A stretch of 64,000 nt of DNA from an uncultured delta proteobacterium (lineage in GTDB: Bacteria > Desulfobacterota > Binatia > Binatales > Binataceae), in assembly GCA_963842085.1 (NCBI GenBank), contig CAWJET010000002.1, positions 576,001 through 640,000 on the forward strand. Reading direction: 5' to 3'. Under the pieces are notes generated by a model that did not search any database, was not told where the DNA came from, and saw nothing but the letters and a program-made list of their open reading frames with translations. Position 1 is the stretch's first letter; every line of letters begins with the position of its first letter. Below, piece after piece: positions 56,572-64,000 of this stretch. A program made the translations under genes and the position numbers.

Positions 56572-59500
56572 TTGATCGTGTTCGGACGAATTATGTTTAT
56601 CGGCATGCCGAGCGTTTTCTTGATGAACTCGGTCACGGACGTGATCGGCTGCGGCGTAATCGACGGGTCGCTTACCGGGCCGCTTACGTGGAAGTATGCC
56701 GCCAGGAGTTTACCGGTTCCGGCGCCGATGCGCTCGCCGATCAGCGGGATGTGGTTCAACACCCAATCCACCGTGTCGAACGGGAACATGCCGACCTGCA
56801 TATCGAGCGTGCCCGCGCCGAACTGGACGCTGCCGTCCGCCGTGATATCCATCACCGGACCCTGCAGGACGAAATTATCGGTGTAGAAGAGTCCGCCCTT
56901 GCCCTTGAAATCGGTGATGATTGTTTTGAACGGGACGCCATTGATCCGCGGGTCCGGAATCTGCGCCCTCAGCCAGTTCTTGATGTCGACAAAGCTGAGG
57001 AGGCGCGAAAGCAGCGTGAATTTGTTGAGCGTCCCGTCTCTAACCGTTACGGACATGTCGCCGGCCAGGGTTTCGAAAAAGTTGGTATCGGTGTTGGCCC
57101 ACAGATCGGCGGCAAGAGAAAGATGACCAACCAACGGCGACTGCTTGTTCTTGCCGCTCAGCATGAAGAGCGGCGCCGGGTCCATGTCGGTAGCGCTCCC
57201 CGTCATATGGATCCAGTTGTCGGGAGCGCGGCCGACGAGATCGAGTTTCATTTTTCCGCGATACGCCGTCGCGCCCATGTTATAGACGTGCCAATTGCCG
57301 GCCGGGTCGCGCGTGAAATCGGTTTTGAGGTCGGTCATCTGAAAGGCGGCGAGGTTCCCCTCCCGCGCTTCGATATGGCCGCTGCAAGGAACCGGAAAGT
57401 GGATCGGTGGTGTAGCCGGCGACCACGGCATCCGCACAAAAGTCATCACCTCGAGATCGAGTTTCTGTACGGTAGCGTCAATGCGAATCGTGGGATGCGT
57501 GTAGTCGGGTACGGTGATGCGGAAGTTAATCGCCTGGTTCTCCAGCTTTGAACCCGGCATCGAGAGCACGACCTGCTTGCGATGCATCGTCAGCGTCGCG
57601 CCCTGAACGTAGATGGGCGAGCGCAGGAAATTGAATTTCACATCGCCCTTGGCGAGCGTCAGCTTGCCCTCGGGCGTCATGCCGCCGAGAGTGCTGGGAT
57701 TGCCGTTGACCACGACTTTACCGCCAATGGGGCCGCTGGTTGCGAAGTCGGACGGATCGACCAGCAACGCCAACCACACCTCCGACGGAAAGTCATGAAG
57801 TCCCAGCGTCAGGTCGTGAACAGCGATGCCGGTCGGCTTTAAGAAATTCGCGTAGCCGTCCAGCGTCGCATCGCCGCCCGTCGCTTCCAGCATCAGATGG
57901 TCGAAGTTGATCGAATTCGGATCGATGACGACGGTTCCGCCTGAGACCTTGAGCGGTCCTGGCGAACCCTTGATGTTGACAACGGCGCCGATGGCGTCGG
58001 CGCGGACCTGATAGTCTTTGGGTGCGACCAGTTCCTTGGCGCTCAACTTTCCCGACGCGGTGGCAGCCACTTCGACGCGTCCGCTCAAGTGTTCGAGCCG
58101 ATCGCGTTGCCGCAACTGGAGCAAGTCGAGTTCTCTGGAAATGGCCGGATAGAGTTCGGCAAGGTCCGCGTCGATGCTCACGCTGGTCTTGTACTCCGCG
58201 CCTTCGATTCCGTTGCCGAGGTTGGCGCTGGCTACGAGGTCGTGGACTGCCGAGTTTCCGAATTTCGCGGTACCTTGCGAGACGGTAAGCAATCCCTTCG
58301 AGTAACCAAGCTGCGCGCTTAGATTCTCGACCGGCGGCAGTTTCGTTTCCGCCGGGATTGCGAAAGCGAGGTCCTGCACGGTGCCGCTCACCACCAGGTT
58401 CCTTCGAATCGTATCGAGCGGCGACGTCTTTATCTCGTCGAGCGCGGCGCTGAGCGTAGCACCACCGACGGTGACCTTGCCGCGTCCGAGCCGATTGAGC
58501 ATGTCGGCCAAGTCGGCCGGCAGATGACGCACCGACAGCAGTCGCTGCTTGACGGCGGCCGCGTCGAAGTGAAATCCGCCGAGGTGGATTCCCAACTCCG
58601 GCTTTTCGCTTTGCGGCGCGACCAGCTCCGTCTCGCCCGAGAGCAGCGGCGAGTTGACGCGGCGCAAAACGATCTCAGTGATAGCGTACTTGCCGCCGGT
58701 AATGTCGAAGCCGGCGTGCAGCGAGTATTCGCCCAAATTCGCCGGCGCGGCGAGCCGTGCACTCTTCAGCAGCAGCTTCTGCGCGCCTGCGTCGGCGTCG
58801 CCGGTCAGCGACCCGTCATCATGAAGCGAGAACTTGAGACTCCCCTGGACCGTGCCGGCCAACGTGAAGCCCTCGGCCTCGACTCCTTCCATCGGCACGT
58901 TCCAGCTCCAGAGCTGTCCATGCGCGAACTCGCCGGGCGCCAGACTTTTCCCGGTGCCAAGACTGATCTTCCCGGTCATCTGTGCGCCGGGTACGGGTGA
59001 ACCAAGCAGCGAGCCGCTGAATTCCAGCCGCCACAACTGAGGCTCGAGGTGCGTGCGGTACGCGACAATCCCTAGACGATTGGCAAGCTCGGCGCCGTCG
59101 GCATAGCGCACGGTGGCGTCGATCGTCTCGACCCGCCACGCGATTCGACCCAGCGCATGCAGCACCTCATGCAACGCCGTGATCGTATCCGCGCCCGGAC
59201 GAGGCATCGGGACTGAGGCCGCCTCGGAAGAATTTACCGGCAGGGTGATTTGAGCATTGGTCGCGGTCAGCCGATAGAGCGGAAGCCCGGTGCTGATGAA
59301 AATTGAATGGTACGAGACGAGTGCGCGGATCGACTTCAGCTTGACGATTTCGTGCCCGTTGTCGATCACCCGGGGCTGGTCGAGGACGACTATCAGGTGA
59401 GTGCCGAGATGAACGGAGCTGGCGCGCGGGATGATATCGACGCCGGTGCGGTTGCGGACCGAGGCCAGCACGTAAACCACGATGCGCGACTGGTTGAACG

Positions 59501-59576
59501 CGATCAGCGCCGCCGAACCGCCGATTACAACCGTCAGGATGAGCGCGGAAAGCGCGGCGATTCGGACCAGTCTCAT
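56568..59576 (-). CDS. AsmA-like (YhdP-type) lipid-bridge protein
   Basis: N-terminal TM, 1002 aa beta-rich, C-terminal AsmA_2-like IPLIG..YFHVSGPVSDP. Confidence 0.8.
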   Translation of the reverse strand: MRLVRIAALSALILTVVIGGSAALIAFNQSRIVVYVLASVRNRTGVDIIPRASSVHLGTHLIVVLDQPRVIDNGHEIVKLKSIRALVSYHSIFISTGLPLYRLTATNAQITLPVNSSEAASVPMPRPGADTITALHEVLHALGRIAWRVETIDATVRYADGAELANRLGIVAYRTHLEPQLWRLEFSGSLLGSPVPGAQMTGKISLGTGKSLAPGEFAHGQLWSWNVPMEGVEAEGFTLAGTVQGSLKFSLHDDGSLTGDADAGAQKLLLKSARLAAPANLGEYSLHAGFDITGGKYAITEIVLRRVNSPLLSGETELVAPQSEKPELGIHLGGFHFDAAAVKQRLLSVRHLPADLADMLNRLGRGKVTVGGATLSAALDEIKTSPLDTIRRNLVVSGTVQDLAFAIPAETKLPPVENLSAQLGYSKGLLTVSQGTAKFGNSAVHDLVASANLGNGIEGAEYKTSVSIDADLAELYPAISRELDLLQLRQRDRLEHLSGRVEVAATASGKLSAKELVAPKDYQVRADAIGAVVNIKGSPGPLKVSGGTVVIDPNSINFDHLMLEATGGDATLDGYANFLKPTGIAVHDLTLGLHDFPSEVWLALLVDPSDFATSGPIGGKVVVNGNPSTLGGMTPEGKLTLAKGDVKFNFLRSPIYVQGATLTMHRKQVVLSMPGSKLENQAINFRITVPDYTHPTIRIDATVQKLDLEVMTFVRMPWSPATPPIHFPVPCSGHIEAREGNLAAFQMTDLKTDFTRDPAGNWHVYNMGATAYRGKMKLDLVGRAPDNWIHMTGSATDMDPAPLFMLSGKNKQSPLVGHLSLAADLWANTDTNFFETLAGDMSVTVRDGTLNKFTLLSRLLSFVDIKNWLRAQIPDPRINGVPFKTIITDFKGKGGLFYTDNFVLQGPVMDITADGSVQFGAGTLDMQVGMFPFDTVDWVLNHIPLIGERIGAGTGKLLAAYFHVSGPVSDPSITPQPITSVTEFIKKTLGMPINIIRPNTIK

Positions 59577-59636
59577 GATTGCCGCGACGCCATCGCCACG
59601 TCCGATGCTGCGCCGTCCGCCTGGCTCACGAAGCGA

Positions 59637-61487
59637 TCAGTTACTCTCGGCCATCTCCGCCGGCGGCGCGTCGATGTATCCCGCACGATGCTTGTTCCTG
59701 AGCGCCGTCTTGAGGACGCGGTTACGCAGCCGCACCGACTTGGGCGTGACCTCGACCAGCTCTTCCTCGTCGATCCATTCCAGCGCCGCGTCCAGCGTCG
59801 GGATGCGCGCGGGCGACAGTCGGATCGCTTCATCGTGACCCGACGCGCGCATGTTGCTGAGCTTCTTTTCACGGCACACGTTCACCGGCAAGTTTATCTC
59901 ACGGGCATACTCGCCGACGATCATCCCTTCGTAGACCGGCTCACCGGGTCCGACGAAGAATATGCCGCGCTCCTGCAAATGGAAGATCGCGTAAGGCGTG
60001 GTCACCCCCTCGCGATCGGAAATCATCGCGCCGTTGGCGCGCGAGCGAATCGTTCCCGACCACGGCGCGTAGCCGTTGAACAACGTATGCATCAGGCCGT
60101 TGCCGCGCGTGTTTTCGAGAAATCGGCCGCGAAACCCGATCAGCCCGCGCGCGGGAATGTCGTATTCCAGGCGCACGCGGTTGCTCGCATGAGTGAGCAT
60201 CGTGCGCATCTTGCCCTTGCGTGTCGAGAGCATCTGCGTGACGACGCCGATAGACTCCGCCGGGATGTCGATCACCAGCATTTCCATCGGCTCGAGTATC
60301 TCGCCGCGTGGCCCCTGCTTGGTAATGACAGTGGGCTTCGAGACCTGCATCTCGTAACCTTCGCGGCGCATGGTTTCGACAATCACCGCGAGCTGCAATT
60401 CGCCGCGGCCCATCACCCGCCACGCGTCGGGCGTCAGTTGCTCGACGCGAGTGCTCACGTTGCGCCGCGCTTCGAATTCGATTCGTTCGCCCAGCTTGCG
60501 CGAGGTGACAAACTCCCCTTCGCGGCCCGCCCATGGCGAATTGTTCACCGAGAAAGTCATCGCCACTGTCGGCTCGTCGATGCGAATCGGCGGCAGCGCT
60601 CGCGGATTTTCGAGGTCGGCGATCGTTTCGCCGATCGCGATGTCCTCGACGCCGGCGACGATCACAATCTCGCCGGCACTGGCGGTTTCGCGTTCGACCC
60701 GCGTCAGCCCCTGCCATCCGTAGATGTGGGCGACCTTGCACAGCACCGTCTTGCCGTCGCGCCGGCACAGCGAATAATTCTGCGACGCCGTCATCGAGCC
60801 GGCGACGATCCGGCCGACCGCTAGTCGGCCGACGTAATCGTCGTAGTCGATATTATTGACCTGGAATTGCAGCGTCGCGTCGGGATCGACCTCGGGTCCC
60901 GGCAGATGCGCGACGATCGCGTCGAACAGCGGCACCAGGTTTTCGCTCGGCACGTCCAGCTTGAGCGACGCGGTGCCGGCCCGCGCCTGCGTATAGAGCA
61001 CCGGGAAATCAAGCTGGCTCTCGTTGGCGCCGAGGTCGATGAACAGATCGTAAACCTCGTCGAGGACTTCGGGCGCGCGCGCGTCGGCGCGATCGATCTT
61101 GTTGATGCACAGGATCGCGGGCAGGTTCGACTCGAGCGCTTTCTTGAGCACGAACCGGGTTTGCGGCAGCGGCCCCTCGCACGCATCGACGAGCAGCAGC
61201 ACGCCGTCCACCATCGACAGCGTGCGCTCGACCTCGCCGCCGAAGTCCGAATGGCCGGGTGTATCGACGATATTGATGCGCGTCTGGCCCCAGAGGATCG
61301 AGGTGTTCTTGGCCATGATCGTGATGCCGCGCTCGCGCTCGAGCGCGTTGGAATCCATCACGCGATCGATCACCTGCTCGTTGGCGCGGAACACACCCGA
61401 CTGCCGCAGCATCGCATCGACCAAAGTGGTTTTACCGTGATCGACGTGGGCGACGATCGCTAAATTTCTTATATCTGGGCGTCTCAT
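59637..61487 (-). CDS. typA: Translational GTPase TypA/BipA
   Basis: [41 protein letters not shown]. Confidence 0.97.
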   Translation of the reverse strand: MRRPDIRNLAIVAHVDHGKTTLVDAMLRQSGVFRANEQVIDRVMDSNALERERGITIMAKNTSILWGQTRINIVDTPGHSDFGGEVERTLSMVDGVLLLVDACEGPLPQTRFVLKKALESNLPAILCINKIDRADARAPEVLDEVYDLFIDLGANESQLDFPVLYTQARAGTASLKLDVPSENLVPLFDAIVAHLPGPEVDPDATLQFQVNNIDYDDYVGRLAVGRIVAGSMTASQNYSLCRRDGKTVLCKVAHIYGWQGLTRVERETASAGEIVIVAGVEDIAIGETIADLENPRALPPIRIDEPTVAMTFSVNNSPWAGREGEFVTSRKLGERIEFEARRNVSTRVEQLTPDAWRVMGRGELQLAVIVETMRREGYEMQVSKPTVITKQGPRGEILEPMEMLVIDIPAESIGVVTQMLSTRKGKMRTMLTHASNRVRLEYDIPARGLIGFRGRFLENTRGNGLMHTLFNGYAPWSGTIRSRANGAMISDREGVTTPYAIFHLQERGIFFVGPGEPVYEGMIVGEYAREINLPVNVCREKKLSNMRASGHDEAIRLSPARIPTLDAALEWIDEEELVEVTPKSVRLRNRVLKTALRNKHRAGYIDAPPAEMAESN

Positions 61488-61619
61488 TTGGTGGCGAATG
61501 CTAAAACGCGGCCGAGCCGGTCAGGTTCGCCCGCGCGTGCTCTATTGTAGCCGTCGCTCGGAGCAGAGTAAACGCGGGGGCGCGAAGGACGGGCGAAACA
61601 CTCCCGCACCTCTAGGATG

Positions 61620-62168
61620 CTAGGGCGTAGGCGTGCCGAGGTGCTGATTGCGCTGGAGCTTTTGCAGCAGTTGCTCGACGTCTTCGATCTCGGTGACGCG
61701 CCAATAGCCGTCGGCGCCGCGGGCCAGGTGTATTCTCCAGCGCTGCCCCTTGTTGTCGGTGAAGTCGGTGGCTGCGGTGTCGCCATTTCGATGGAGCAGG
61801 ACGAGCGAGCCGGCCACGGCCGCGCCGGGCATCTGCACCTCGCGCGCGCCGTCATCGACTTTCTTGATCGCCCACGCCTGCGTTATCTGCGCCATCGGCT
61901 TAGTGAGAAGATCGATCGCCGCGTTGCCGAGCATCGCGCTCAGCGGGTCGGTGCCGCCCTGCTTCTGCACCATCTCGTAGCCCGCCTTCTTAACGACACT
62001 TTCGAAATCGACGTATTTCGCGGCTTCGTCGCCGTCGCGCGCGTCGATGGCCTGCTTCAGCCGGAGCACGGCCCAACTCGGCGTGTTTGGCAGGTAAAAC
62101 ACCGCCCAGCCGGCCACTGCGGCCAGGACGAGGATCGCGGTGAAATGGCGCAATACGAATCGAAACAT
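61620..62168 (-). CDS. DUF2939-like membrane-anchored protein
   Basis: TM followed by TPSWAV..AIDARD..YVDF. Confidence 0.75.
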   Translation of the reverse strand: MFRFVLRHFTAILVLAAVAGWAVFYLPNTPSWAVLRLKQAIDARDGDEAAKYVDFESVVKKAGYEMVQKQGGTDPLSAMLGNAAIDLLTKPMAQITQAWAIKKVDDGAREVQMPGAAVAGSLVLLHRNGDTAATDFTDNKGQRWRIHLARGADGYWRVTEIEDVEQLLQKLQRNQHLGTPTP

Positions 62169-62211
62169 CGCTCTATCCGTATAACGCCGCCGTGCAGTGG
62201 CCCGGTCCGAT

Positions 62212-62955
62212 TTAGCGCGGCGAAAGCAGGCTGGCCGCGGCCTTGTCCAGCAGCCAAATGACCTCGCCGCCATGCGGCGCCACGATTTGAGCAGGGAACT
62301 TGTCCGTATCGCGCGGCCCTTCCAGCACATCCTTCACCGCCGCCGCCTTGCCCTGTCCCGCCACCAAAAACATCACGCGCTCCGCATTGTTGATCACGGG
62401 CGGCGTGATCGTCAGGCGCCTCCGCGGCTCCGCGTCAACCTCGACCGCGACCACCAGGCGCTGCGTCTCGTGAATCGCAGGATCGCCCGGAAACAGCGAC
62501 GCCGTATGGCGATTATCGCCAAGCCCGAGCATCACGAGATCGAAGCGCGGAAATTCACCGTCGCCGAGGCCGAACCGTTTGCGCAATTCATCTTCGTAAG
62601 CGGCAGCCGCCGACGCCGGCGGGTCCTCGCCGCGCATCCGATGCACCTGGTCGGGCCTGAGCGCGAGCTTGCTCAGCATCGTGCGATTCGCCATCGCGTA
62701 ATTGCTCTCGGCATGATCGGGCGGCACGCATCGTTCGTCGCCCCAGAAAAATTGCACTTCCTTCCAATCGACGCTCAGATGGAACCGCGTCGCGAGCAAA
62801 TCGTAGGTGGCGGCGGGAGTCAAACCGCCCGAGAGACAGAGCGTGAACTCGCCGTGGGTGCAGATCGCCTCGCCGGCAATGTGCGCCGTTTCTTCGGCCG
62901 CGCGCACATAGAGTTCCTGCGCGTCGTTCAGAATGATCAATTTCGGTTGAGACAT
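62212..62955 (-). CDS. pgl: 6-phosphogluconolactonase
   Basis: LSGGLTP, WGDERCVPPDH, SNY, LGLGDNRHTASLFP. Confidence 0.95.
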   Translation of the reverse strand: MSQPKLIILNDAQELYVRAAEETAHIAGEAICTHGEFTLCLSGGLTPAATYDLLATRFHLSVDWKEVQFFWGDERCVPPDHAESNYAMANRTMLSKLALRPDQVHRMRGEDPPASAAAAYEDELRKRFGLGDGEFPRFDLVMLGLGDNRHTASLFPGDPAIHETQRLVVAVEVDAEPRRRLTITPPVINNAERVMFLVAGQGKAAAVKDVLEGPRDTDKFPAQIVAPHGGEVIWLLDKAAASLLSPR

Positions 62956-63045
62956 GCCAGTCCGTCCGGGAATGAGGTCAGATCACAAAGTTAGCCGATG
63001 ACGCGCGGTCCGCGCCAGATCGTTCCGCCTTTTGCGAGCGCGCGT

Positions 63046-64000
63046 TTACCCCGCGATCGCCGCCACGATTTCCTGGCGCAGCGCTGCGATCGCGCCGATC
63101 GGGTCGTCTCCCGCCAGATGCACTCGAATCGCGCGCCGGCCATGCGCTTCGAGCGACTGCAAATCGCCCAGGTACTGCGCCTGGTTGAGTTGTGCGAAAT
63201 CGTACGGCGCACCGGGGATGGCAACCGAGTCGCGATGGTCCTGGGTGATTTGCAGGAACAAGCCGGTGTTCGGACCGCCCTTGTGCAACTGCCCGGTCGA
63301 GTGCAGGCAGCGCGGGCCGTAGCCGAAGGTGGTCGCGACGCCGAAGCGCTCGACAACGGCTTTGCGAATTACCGCGATCTCCTTGTCCACGGTCGGATTG
63401 GGCGATACGTACGCCATCGTGGCGAAGTAATCGCCGGGCCGCGCAAGATTCATGAACCCTCCGATCATCGAGCGAAAATCGCGCCCGCCTTTCAGCGCCT
63501 CATCCGCAACGCCGCCGGCAAAGAGCGCGAGCTGACCCTTCTCGGCGACCGGCGACTGCGCCGGAAAGTTTTTGTTGCGCGCGAATTCCGCGAGGATGCG
63601 GCCGGTGTTGTCCTTGCTCTCCTGGACGCCCGGCTGCTTGAACGGGTCAACCCCGATCACCGCGGCGGCGGTCGCCGCCGCGATCTCCCAGCGCATGAAC
63701 TCTTCGCCGAGATCGATTTTGTCCGACAACGTGATCAGCACGGTAGGTATACCCGCCTGCTTGATGGCTTCGAACGCGGCATCCTGCGCGGCATCGGCGC
63801 CGTTCCTGAGCTTGAGGTAAACGAACACGCGGTCCTTGCCGTAAGCCTTCGGTGAGACCAACGGCTCGTCGCAGACCGGAACCAGGCCCAGGTGATCTTT
63901 GCCGGTGCTTTCGGCGATCAACTGCTCGACCCACAGTCCGAACGCGCTGATCGGCGGCGAAATAATAAAGGTGACCTTGTCGCGACCCGGCTTGCCGAGC
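63046..64000 (-). CDS. Glucose-6-phosphate isomerase domain (Tal/Pgi bifunctional type), C-terminal part; gene starts beyond the window
   Basis: WVEQLIAESTGK, PF.QPGVQESK, GYGPR.LHSTGQLHKGG. Confidence 0.88.
   Translation of the reverse strand, partial: LGKPGRDKVTFIISPPISAFGLWVEQLIAESTGKDHLGLVPVCDEPLVSPKAYGKDRVFVYLKLRNGADAAQDAAFEAIKQAGIPTVLITLSDKIDLGEEFMRWEIAAATAAAVIGVDPFKQPGVQESKDNTGRILAEFARNKNFPAQSPVAEKGQLALFAGGVADEALKGGRDFRSMIGGFMNLARPGDYFATMAYVSPNPTVDKEIAVIRKAVVERFGVATTFGYGPRCLHSTGQLHKGGPNTGLFLQITQDHRDSVAIPGAPYDFAQLNQAQYLGDLQSLEAHGRRAIRVHLAGDDPIGAIAALRQEIVAAIAG

Overview
GC-rich bacterial chromosomal window with about 64 protein-coding genes. I found no rRNA, tRNA, CRISPR array, transposase or integrase. 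The gene mix (several CoA-transferases and crotonases, an LLM/F420-type oxidoreductase, a sigma-54 activator, Mla and AsmA envelope genes) suggests a diderm soil bacterium, possibly Ca. Binatota; this is inference, not a search result. Housekeeping genes include nadA-nrtR, tyrS, pth, hisC, typA, pgl, a partial tal/pgi-type gene, degP, bcp and mlaEFD. Four things stand out. (1) A four-gene Hanks-kinase signalling operon (membrane double-FHA protein, Zn-ribbon membrane protein, kinase-Zn ribbon-TM-BON, PHP phosphoesterase). Its kinase lacks the beta3 catalytic Lys and instead carries a Lys in the Gly-loop, as eukaryotic WNK kinases do, and the operon abuts a ClC channel with non-canonical selectivity residues. 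(2) A PaaR-like TetR, a stand-alone ferritin-like diiron enzyme and a PaaG-like isomerase, with a PaaR-type box inside a sigma70-like promoter; this is a candidate single-subunit aryl-CoA epoxidation module. (3) An ECF sigma factor coupled to a putative anti-sigma/cupin/cupin/VOC fusion. (4) An ATP-grasp/alpha-E/transglutaminase module. Candidate NrtR, PadR and ECF sites, several REP-like elements and one apparently frameshifted gene are also visible. All family calls come from motif recognition by eye; no database searches were run.
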